This document shows positions 57,618-64,000 of a DNA stretch of 64,000 bases, piece by piece. This DNA is from Ignavibacteria bacterium (GTDB lineage Bacteria; Bacteroidota; Ignavibacteria; Tepidaquicellales; Tepidaquicellaceae). Both the position numbers and the translations under genes were made by a program. Position 1 is the first letter of the stretch. Each line of letters starts with the position of its first letter. Under the pieces are notes generated by a model, which saw nothing but the letters and a program-made list of their open reading frames with translations, had not been told where the DNA came from and ran no database searches. Where the stretch lies: NCBI GenBank assembly GCA_038225955.1, contig JBBRQV010000001.1:6266-70265 (forward strand), in the 5' to 3' direction.

Positions 57618-57863
57618 ATGGAAGAAAATAAACTCTCTAAAAAAGAAAAATTAGAAAAGGCTACAAAAACTTTATTAAAGATTAGAGAAAGCGCTAAGGA
57701 TTTAGATATTTCATTTGAAGAAATTACTGAGATCGTAGAACAAGTAAGAGAAGAAAAATATTTAAAAAAATTCAAAATAAAAACTAACATAAACCCTTTT
57801 GAACAACGATTCACAGGATTTAGTTTTAAAAAAAGAAATAGAATCTTCTCCTTTATACAGTGA
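57618..57863 (+). CDS. Small charged hypothetical ORF (81 aa) overlapping the permease start
   Basis: ATG ORF whose first ~55 aa are E/K-rich and helical. The tail overlaps 57799.. in another frame. Weak support. Confidence 0.3.
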   Translation: MEENKLSKKEKLEKATKTLLKIRESAKDLDISFEEITEIVEQVREEKYLKKFKIKTNINPFEQRFTGFSFKKRNRIFSFIQ

Positions 57864-59286
57864 AGATTTAGCCCCTGTCTCTCAATCCCGCAGAACATGG
57901 GGCACATGGAACTACGCGGCGCTTTGGATAAGCATGAGCTTATGCATTCCGACGTATATGCTTGCAAGCTCGTTAATAGAGGGCGGAATGAACTGGTGGC
58001 AATCTATAATGACAATTTTTATTGCCAATACAGTTGTGCTTATTCCCATGATATTGAACGGACGCGCAGGCGCAAAGTACGGAATACCGTTTCCTGTTTT
58101 TGTCCGCGCAAGCTTCGGCGTTAAAGGCGCAAACATTCCTGCCATCCTCCGCGCAATTGTTGCATGCGGATGGTTCGGTATTCAGGCATGGATAGGCGGC
58201 TTCTCGCTTTATCAGATGATTCACGTATGGTATCCGGGCATCGCTAATTTACCGCATATATTCCCTGCATGGATGGGACTTGAAACAGGTCCTGCAATAA
58301 CATTCTTTCTATTCTGGCTTCTTAATATGTACGTCGTTTACCTCGGCGTTGACAGCATAAAAAAACTTTTAGTATTCAAAGCATTCTTTTTACCAATAGC
58401 GGCATTAGCTTTATTGTTCTGGGCTATCAACGCAGGCAATGGCTTAGGCCCGATACTTGCGACTCCTTCTAAGTTTGCCAACAGCGGCGAGTTCTGGCAT
58501 TTCTTCTTCCCTGCATTAACGGGAATGGTCGGCTTCTGGGCAACACTATCATTGAACATACCTGACTTTACTCGCTACGCAAAAAGTCAACGCGCGCAGG
58601 TAATGGGACAGATAATCGGTCTGCCACCCTCAATGACTTTGTTTGCTTTCATTGGAGTAGTGGTCACATCTGCTACAACGATTATTTACGGAACGACTAT
58701 ATGGGACCCTGTTGTGCTTGCAGGAAAATTTGAAAATAAAATTATTGTAAGCGTTGCAATGATATGCGTTGCTGTTTCTACATTAGCAACAAATATTGCA
58801 GCAAATATTGTAAGTCCGGCAAATGATTTTGCGCAGTTATCTCCTGCAAAAATTGATTTCAGAAAAGGCGGATATATTACGGGTGTAATCGGAATTTTAA
58901 TCTTCCCATGGAAATTGATTGCGGACCCTACAGGATATATTTTTACGTGGCTGATTGCATACTCTAGTTTACTGGGACCTGTAGGCGGAATTATGATTGT
59001 AGATTATTTCTTTATTCGAAATCAGCATTTACATCTGAACGAATTGTACGAAGTAAAAGGTGAATATACTTATAGCAACGGATATCACATGACGGCAATC
59101 ATTGCGTTGATAATCGGTATAGTGCCTAACATTCCGGGATTTTTAGTAACGGTTAATTTAGTGCCGAAGGATACTTTCCCTGAGTGGATATCTCACTTGT
59201 ATAATTATGCATGGTTCGTTGGATTTTTTGTTTCGGGAATTGTGTATTATATATTTATGAGAAATAAAACTGTTGCAAAAAATTAA
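57799..59286 (+). CDS. NCS1 family nucleobase:cation symporter (uracil/hydantoin/allantoin permease type)
   Basis: SEDLAPV..RTWGTWNYAALW N-terminal signature, 12 TM helices, TTG start. Confidence 0.85.
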   Translation: MNNDSQDLVLKKEIESSPLYSEDLAPVSQSRRTWGTWNYAALWISMSLCIPTYMLASSLIEGGMNWWQSIMTIFIANTVVLIPMILNGRAGAKYGIPFPVFVRASFGVKGANIPAILRAIVACGWFGIQAWIGGFSLYQMIHVWYPGIANLPHIFPAWMGLETGPAITFFLFWLLNMYVVYLGVDSIKKLLVFKAFFLPIAALALLFWAINAGNGLGPILATPSKFANSGEFWHFFFPALTGMVGFWATLSLNIPDFTRYAKSQRAQVMGQIIGLPPSMTLFAFIGVVVTSATTIIYGTTIWDPVVLAGKFENKIIVSVAMICVAVSTLATNIAANIVSPANDFAQLSPAKIDFRKGGYITGVIGILIFPWKLIADPTGYIFTWLIAYSSLLGPVGGIMIVDYFFIRNQHLHLNELYEVKGEYTYSNGYHMTAIIALIIGIVPNIPGFLVTVNLVPKDTFPEWISHLYNYAWFVGFFVSGIVYYIFMRNKTVAKN

Positions 59287-59308
59287 ATTTTAAATTGTAA
59301 AATATTTT

Positions 59309-60691
59309 ATGTCATTACTTATAAAAAATGGAAGAGTGATAACTGCTTCCGAAGATTACATTGCAGATGTTTTTATCGAAGGTGAAAAGATTTCCAAGAT
59401 TGGAAAAAATCTTGACGTAAAAGCAGATGAAACGATTGATGCTTCAGGTAAACTTGTTATGCCGGGAGGAATTGACCCGCACGTCCATTTAGACATGCCT
59501 TTTATGGGAACATTTTCATCCGATAGCTACGAAACAGGAACACGCGCAGCGCTTCACGGTGGAACGACGACGGTAATTGATTTCATATTGCAGACGCAGG
59601 GAAAATCATTGCAATCAGCTTATGATGAATGGAGCGGCAGAGCAAACGGTACTGCATACGGAGATTATTCTTTTCATATGGCAGTAACAGATTTCAACGA
59701 TGAAACAAAAAAAGAAATTTCTCACTTCATAAATGAATTAGGAATTACATCGTTCAAAACATTCATGGCTTATAAAGGCGCATTGATGATTGACGACAGG
59801 CAGATGATTGGCTTGATGAATGAAGTTCGTGACCAGGGCGGAATGGTAACAGTACACGCAACTAACGGAGACATGATTGACTTCTTAATCGCGAAACACA
59901 GAGCCGAAGGAAAAATGGAACCGCTCTATCATTATCTTTCGCAGCCGGAAGTTACCGAAGCAGAGGCATCGGGAAGATTTGCAGATATGGCGCGATACAC
60001 AGGTGTTCCCGGATATATTGTACACATGACTTGCGAAGGCGCGCTGAATGCAATCAGAAAAGAAATGCAAAGCAACTACAGAGTTTATGCTGAAACATGC
60101 ATTCAATATTTATTATTAGATGCTTCGCTATACGAGAAAAATTTTGAAGGTGCTAAGTGGGTAATGAGTCCCCCGCTCAGAGAGAAAAAAGATCAGGCGG
60201 CTTTATGGGGCGCATTGAATCAGGGAAGTATTCAGGTTGTTGCGACTGATCACTGTCCATTTATGTGGGCTCAAAAAGAAATGGGAAAAGATGATTTTTC
60301 AAAAATTCCGAACGGTCATCCTGCAATTGAAAATAGAATAGAATTACTTTTCAGTGAAGGTGTTAACAAGGGAAAAATCACTTTAAATAAATTTGTAGAG
60401 GTTACATCAACAAATGCTGCGAAGATATTCGGAATGTTCCCGCAAAAAGGAACGATCGGTATAGGCGCAGATGCAGATATAATTATACTTGACCCAAATG
60501 AAGAGCATACACTCTCCGCAAAAACACATCACATGAATGTTGACTACAGCGGATACGAAGGCTGGAAATTAAAAGGAAAAGTAAAGCAGACGATATTACG
60601 TGGAACATTAGCAGTTGATAACGGCGATGTGAAGATAAAAAAAGGATATGGAAAGTTTGTGAAGAGAAATAAAGTAAATAATATAATTTAA
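59309..60691 (+). CDS. Dihydropyrimidinase (D-hydantoinase)
   Basis: GGIDPHVHLDMPF, FKTFMAYK (carboxylated Lys), HATNGD, ATDHCPF: cyclic amidohydrolase motifs. Confidence 0.9.
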   Translation: MSLLIKNGRVITASEDYIADVFIEGEKISKIGKNLDVKADETIDASGKLVMPGGIDPHVHLDMPFMGTFSSDSYETGTRAALHGGTTTVIDFILQTQGKSLQSAYDEWSGRANGTAYGDYSFHMAVTDFNDETKKEISHFINELGITSFKTFMAYKGALMIDDRQMIGLMNEVRDQGGMVTVHATNGDMIDFLIAKHRAEGKMEPLYHYLSQPEVTEAEASGRFADMARYTGVPGYIVHMTCEGALNAIRKEMQSNYRVYAETCIQYLLLDASLYEKNFEGAKWVMSPPLREKKDQAALWGALNQGSIQVVATDHCPFMWAQKEMGKDDFSKIPNGHPAIENRIELLFSEGVNKGKITLNKFVEVTSTNAAKIFGMFPQKGTIGIGADADIIILDPNEEHTLSAKTHHMNVDYSGYEGWKLKGKVKQTILRGTLAVDNGDVKIKKGYGKFVKRNKVNNII

Positions 60692-60720
60692 TTTTTTGAA
60701 TAAAAAATAGATTAAGTAAA

Positions 60721-60954
60721 ATGAATACCACTGAATTAAGAGAAAGAATTCTTAGAAAGGTTAACAAAATGAATGACGAAGAAGCTTTGAATACAATCGA
60801 CAAGGTAATTGATACCTTTAACGACGTAGACGAAGTATATACTCTAACTAAGGAGCAGGAAGACGTGATTAAAAAAAGTGACGAACAAGATGAAAAAGGT
60901 GATACAATTACAAACGAAGAAGCATATAAAAAAATAAAAGACCTGCTTAAATGA
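60721..60954 (+). CDS. Putative antitoxin (addiction module component), 77 aa
   Basis: Small acidic protein with ATGA overlap to the downstream ParE/RelE-like gene. Confidence 0.55.
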   Translation: MNTTELRERILRKVNKMNDEEALNTIDKVIDTFNDVDEVYTLTKEQEDVIKKSDEQDEKGDTITNEEAYKKIKDLLK

Positions 60955-61244
60955 AAGTAGTTTGGTCTGATGATGCAATTATAGCTTTTAGTAATATTAT
61001 TATATATTGTATTGAGACCACAGGAAATAATAGTTTCAGCAACAAACTGAACGAAAGAATTTTTAAAAACATACAATTAATTTCCGACAATATTTACATT
61101 GGGAGGAAAACATCTCAAACAAATATTAGATCTCATGTTGTCGGCAACTATACAATTTTTTACCGTATAAAGAAAACTTATATACTTATAAATACTGTAT
61201 GGGATAATAGAAGAGATCCTAAAACTTTTAAAATTAAAATTTAA
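60951..61244 (+). CDS. Type II toxin, RelE/ParE family
   Basis: 97 aa. ..VVGNYTIFYRIKKTYILINTVWDNRRDP.. is a typical ParE/RelE C-terminal pattern. Confidence 0.7.
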   Translation: MKVVWSDDAIIAFSNIIIYCIETTGNNSFSNKLNERIFKNIQLISDNIYIGRKTSQTNIRSHVVGNYTIFYRIKKTYILINTVWDNRRDPKTFKIKI

Positions 61245-61253
61245 TAATATTTT

Positions 61254-62120
61254 ATGCCAAGAATAATTAAATCCGGTCTCATTCAGATGTCACTGCCTAT
61301 GACCGAAGGCGAAGGTAGTATCAAACAAATTGTGGATTCAATGGTTAACAAACACATTCCATACATTGAAGAAGCAGGAAAGCAAGGTGTACAGATCTTA
61401 TGTTTACAGGAAATTTTTAATACGCCATACTTCTGTCCCGGACAGGATAAAGCATGGTACGAATCCGCCGAGCATATGCCGGGACCAACGGTTGAAACGA
61501 TGCAGGCCTATGCAAAAAAATATTCGATGGTTATCATCGTTCCTATTTATGAAAAAGAGCAGGCAGGATTTCTATATAACTCCGCCGCTGTTATCGATGC
61601 TGACGGAACTTACCTCGGTAAATATAGAAAGAATCATATTCCTCACACATCAGGTTTCTGGGAAAAGTTTTTCTTTAAGCCGGGTAATTTGGGCTACCCT
61701 GTTTTTCAAACAAAGTATTGCAAAGTTGGTGTGTATATTTGTTACGATAGACATTTTCCTGAAGGCGCAAGAATTTTAGGTCTTAACGGAGCAGAGATTG
61801 TTTACAATCCCTCTGCAACTGTTGCAGGCTTATCACAATATTTGTGGAAGCTCGAGCAGCCTGCGCACGCAGCAGCAAATGGATATTTCATGGGATGCAT
61901 TAACAGAGTTGGTATTGAAAAACCATGGAACTTAGGAAAGTTCTACGGCTCATCATACTTCGTTGATCCGCGCGGACAAATTTTTGCATGCGCATCAGAG
62001 GATAACGATGAATTATTAGTCGCTGAGTTTGATTTAGACATGATTGAAGAAGTACGCTCAACATGGCAGTTCTATAGAGATAGAAGACCTGAAACATATG
62101 GTAAGATAACGGAGCTTTGA
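61254..62120 (+). CDS. Nitrilase-superfamily amidohydrolase, probable beta-ureidopropionase (N-carbamoyl-beta-alanine amidohydrolase)
   Basis: Glu-Lys-Cys triad contexts (CLQE, YRKNHIP, VYICYDRHFPE). Function inferred from the operon context. Confidence 0.75.
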   Translation: MPRIIKSGLIQMSLPMTEGEGSIKQIVDSMVNKHIPYIEEAGKQGVQILCLQEIFNTPYFCPGQDKAWYESAEHMPGPTVETMQAYAKKYSMVIIVPIYEKEQAGFLYNSAAVIDADGTYLGKYRKNHIPHTSGFWEKFFFKPGNLGYPVFQTKYCKVGVYICYDRHFPEGARILGLNGAEIVYNPSATVAGLSQYLWKLEQPAHAAANGYFMGCINRVGIEKPWNLGKFYGSSYFVDPRGQIFACASEDNDELLVAEFDLDMIEEVRSTWQFYRDRRPETYGKITEL

Positions 62121-62122
62121 TA

Positions 62123-62144
62123 GTATAAAGTAGAAGGTATAAAG
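62123..62144 (+). repeat. Heptads GTATAAA GTAGAAG GTATAAA(G); left inverted-repeat arm of the four-helix-bundle cassette
   Basis: 62128..62144 AAGTAGAAGGTATAAAG matches the reverse complement of 62507..62523 at 16/17. Confidence 0.8.
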
Positions 62145-62152
62145 ATTTATTT

Positions 62153-62431
62153 ATGCATGATTATAAAAAACTTAACGTTTGGAAGGAATCGATTGAGTTA
62201 ATAACGAACATTTATAAAACTACAAATAAATTTCCTTCTACGGAAAAATTTGGTTTAATAAGCCAGATAAATCGCTGTTCAGTTTCAATTGCCTCTAATA
62301 TTGCGGAAGGTGCCGGAAGAAATACAGCCGGGGAATTCAGACAATTTTTAGGAATAGCAAAAGGTTCATGCTATGAATTAGAAACACAATTAATAGTTTC
62401 AAAGAACCTGGGATATATTTCAAATGAATAA
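62153..62431 (+). CDS. Four-helix-bundle protein (23S rRNA intervening-sequence protein / Avd-like), truncated by an in-frame TAA; homologous frame continues to 62503
   Basis: ..FGLISQINRCSVSIASNIAEGAGR..FLGIAKGSCYELETQL.. family signature. After the TAA at 62429 the same frame reads LNNLIEKLEYVQKMTHNLIKSLK*, the expected last helix. Confidence 0.8.
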   Translation: MHDYKKLNVWKESIELITNIYKTTNKFPSTEKFGLISQINRCSVSIASNIAEGAGRNTAGEFRQFLGIAKGSCYELETQLIVSKNLGYISNE

Positions 62432-62506
62432 TTAAATAATTTAATTGAAAAATTAGAATATGTTCAAAAAATGACACACAACTTAATCAAAAGCTTAAAG
62501 TAGTTT

Positions 62507-62548
62507 CTTTATACATTCTACTTAATACTTAATACTTAATACTTATCA
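62507..62548 (-). repeat. Right inverted-repeat arm plus tandem heptads (reverse complement: GTGATAA GTATTAA x3 GTAGAAT GTATAAA G)
   Basis: CTTTATACATTCTACTT followed by CTTAATA x3. Read directly. Confidence 0.8.
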
Positions 62549-62555
62549 CAAAAAT

Positions 62556-63875
62556 ATGAGTGAATTTAACCGTCCAGCAAACGAACAGGAGTTCGAGCAA
62601 AACTTTGCGCAGATAAAACCTTTAATGAATAAAACCGAAGCTTACTACGAAAGCTCGCGATGTCTATTCTGCTACAACGCTCCATGCGTTGAAGCATGTC
62701 CGACACATATAGATATTCCTTTATTCATAAGGCAAATTAATACAGAAAATATTGTCGGCGCAGCGCGTACAATTTATGATTCAAATTATTTCGGTAATGC
62801 TTGCGGCAAAGTTTGTCCGACTGAAGTTTTATGCGAAGGCGCATGTGTGTATAATCATCAGGATGTTAAGCCGATTGAAATCGGACGCTTGCAGAACTAT
62901 TCCACTTCGAAAGCTATTGCAGACGATATAAAATTTTATACTCCGGCAAAAAATAACGGGAAGAAAGTCGCTATTATAGGTTCCGGTCCTGCAGGTATTG
63001 CATGTGCATGTGAACTAAGAAAAGCAGGTGTGCACGTTGATATATATGAAGCAAAATCAAATCCAACCGGATTAACTGTTAACGGAATCGCTCCATATAA
63101 AATTACTAATAAAGAAGTTTTAGAAGAGCTTGCATACCTTCAAACTCAATTCGGATTTAATATTTTATATAGCTCACCTATAATGTCTAAAGATGATATC
63201 AATAGATTAGAAAAAGAGTATGATGCAATTTTTATCGGAGTAGGAAACGGAGAAACATCTAAACTTGGTATTCAGGGAGAAGATAGGGCGAATGTTCATG
63301 GAGCTGTTGAGATAATTGAACATCTTAGAAGGGATCATTATAAAGTTGCTATCGGGCAAAAAGTAATTGTACTTGGAGGCGGTAATACTGCAATGGATGC
63401 TGCATCAGAATCAGCCCGAATGGGCTGTCCCGATGTTACGCTTGCTTACAGACGTTCGAAAGAAGAAATGGGAGCTTATCACTTTGAGTATGATCTTGCA
63501 AAAGATGTTGGAGTGAAGGGACTGTTCAATGTGGCTCCGGTAGAATTTTACGGTAACGGAAAAGTAACCGGAATAAAGTTTATTAAGACAAAAACTGAAA
63601 ACGGTAAGGTTGTAAATATTCCCGGAAGTGAATTTGTACTTGAGTGCGATATGGTTATAATGGCAACGGGACAAAAAGGCCATGATTATCTTTTTGATAG
63701 TATTTCAAATTTCGAAGTGAATGGTACAAAAGTAGTAGCTAACAACTACCAAACTTCAAACCCAAAATACTTTACAGGCGGTGACTGCCTAAATGGCGGA
63801 GCGGAAGTTGTTAACGCTGCGTATGAAGGTAAACATGCAGGAATTGCTATATTGTCGTTTCTCGGAGTTCGTTAA
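62556..63875 (+). CDS. preT: NAD-dependent dihydropyrimidine dehydrogenase subunit PreT (GltD-like)
   Basis: Fe-S motifs CLFCYNAPCVEACP and CGKVCPTEVLCEGAC. Dinucleotide folds IIGSGPAGIACA and VLGGGNTAMDAA. Confidence 0.85.
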   Translation: MSEFNRPANEQEFEQNFAQIKPLMNKTEAYYESSRCLFCYNAPCVEACPTHIDIPLFIRQINTENIVGAARTIYDSNYFGNACGKVCPTEVLCEGACVYNHQDVKPIEIGRLQNYSTSKAIADDIKFYTPAKNNGKKVAIIGSGPAGIACACELRKAGVHVDIYEAKSNPTGLTVNGIAPYKITNKEVLEELAYLQTQFGFNILYSSPIMSKDDINRLEKEYDAIFIGVGNGETSKLGIQGEDRANVHGAVEIIEHLRRDHYKVAIGQKVIVLGGGNTAMDAASESARMGCPDVTLAYRRSKEEMGAYHFEYDLAKDVGVKGLFNVAPVEFYGNGKVTGIKFIKTKTENGKVVNIPGSEFVLECDMVIMATGQKGHDYLFDSISNFEVNGTKVVANNYQTSNPKYFTGGDCLNGGAEVVNAAYEGKHAGIAILSFLGVR

Positions 63876-63895
63876 TCGTTATTCGTTATTTGATA
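63868..63895 (+). repeat. Heptad array TTCGTTA ATCGTTA TTCGTTA TTTGATA, overlapping the preT stop
   Basis: 7-nt periodicity read directly. Confidence 0.75.
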
Positions 63896-63897
63896 CT

Positions 63898-64000
63898 ATG
63901 AGCAAATCTTACTTTGAATTAGATGTTTGGATTAAGTCCCGGGAGTTAGTCAGTTTTATTTATGAATTAACAAAAACTTTTCCTAAAGAGGAACAGTATG
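63898..64000 (+). CDS. Second four-helix-bundle (23S rRNA IVS / Avd-like) protein, 3'-truncated by the window edge
   Basis: MSKSYFELDVWIKSRELVSFIYELTKTFPKEEQY parallels the N-terminus of 62153 (YKKLNVWKESIELITNIYKTTNKFPSTEKF). Confidence 0.75.
   Translation, partial: MSKSYFELDVWIKSRELVSFIYELTKTFPKEEQY

Noticed and set aside
60483-61076. 197-aa minus-strand ORF and other long antisense ORFs (e.g. 39543..39857, 39799..40107, 45101..45471, 48328..48720, 49851..50204, 55151..55510, 57123..57477, 57596..57967, 21592..21906)
   Set aside because: All lie opposite well-supported genes and have low-complexity or Ser/Leu/Phe/Ile-rich translations typical of antisense frames in AT-rich DNA. None shows a recognisable motif.
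1-64000. Stop-codon reassignment as an explanation for the in-frame TAG (9517) and TAA (62429)
   Set aside because: Both codons terminate many well-conserved genes in this window at their expected ends (TAG: GNAT 24384, RR2 17559, CPXCG 31515, lipoprotein 44408; TAA: most others). The two events involve different stop codons.
62153-64000. Diversity-generating retroelement, because the four-helix-bundle proteins resemble Avd
   Set aside because: No reverse transcriptase ORF and no template/variable repeat pair is visible anywhere in the window.
1-64000. CRISPR arrays, tRNA/rRNA genes, IS elements, prophage or known defence-system genes
   Set aside because: I found no regularly spaced 25-40-bp repeats, no cloverleaf with a tRNA-like T/anticodon arm, and no transposase, integrase, RT or nuclease-helicase type ORFs.

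Overview
AT-rich 64-kb chromosomal window, most likely from an FCB-group bacterium (Ignavibacteriota/Bacteroidota-like). Six proteins end in the QNYPNPFNP-type T9SS C-terminal sorting domain. I call about 57 protein genes and saw no rRNA, tRNA, CRISPR array, transposase or integrase. Main blocks follow. (1) 1-12.3 kb: flavoprotein, CPBP protease, beta-barrel OMP, and three very large T9SS cargo proteins; one is interrupted by an in-frame TAG, and a phased GTGCAC operator-like array lies upstream of the first two. (2) 12.9-14.6 kb: two Tat-signal ferritin-like proteins plus a 50-aa tatA that the ORF track missed. (3) 14.9-23.5 kb: a segmentally duplicated locus with 2 near-identical OMPs, 2 tandem orphan NarL-type response regulators, 2 paralogous 8-repeat T9SS proteins, and an O-methyltransferase plus a truncated, frameshifted relic copy. 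(4) 23.5-47.5 kb: housekeeping and miscellaneous genes (GNAT, triple rhodanese, DUF885, cytochrome c, PepF, TrhO, AsnS, NYN, HD, ABC exporter, Fbp, GmhA, RadA). This block includes a 635-bp repeat-rich non-coding region with a 96-nt four-way-junction-like palindromic element. (5) 47.5-54.4 kb: a hybrid PAS histidine kinase and a 1216-aa fused GltD-like/PyrK-like flavoprotein. (6) 54.5-64 kb: an apparently complete reductive pyrimidine catabolism operon (PreT, dihydropyrimidinase, beta-ureidopropionase, aminotransferase, semialdehyde dehydrogenase, NCS1 permease). Between its cistrons sit a ParE-type toxin-antitoxin pair, two four-helix-bundle (23S rRNA IVS / Avd-like) genes and heptad-repeat arrays. 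All calls come from reading the sequence and translations by eye. No database search was run.
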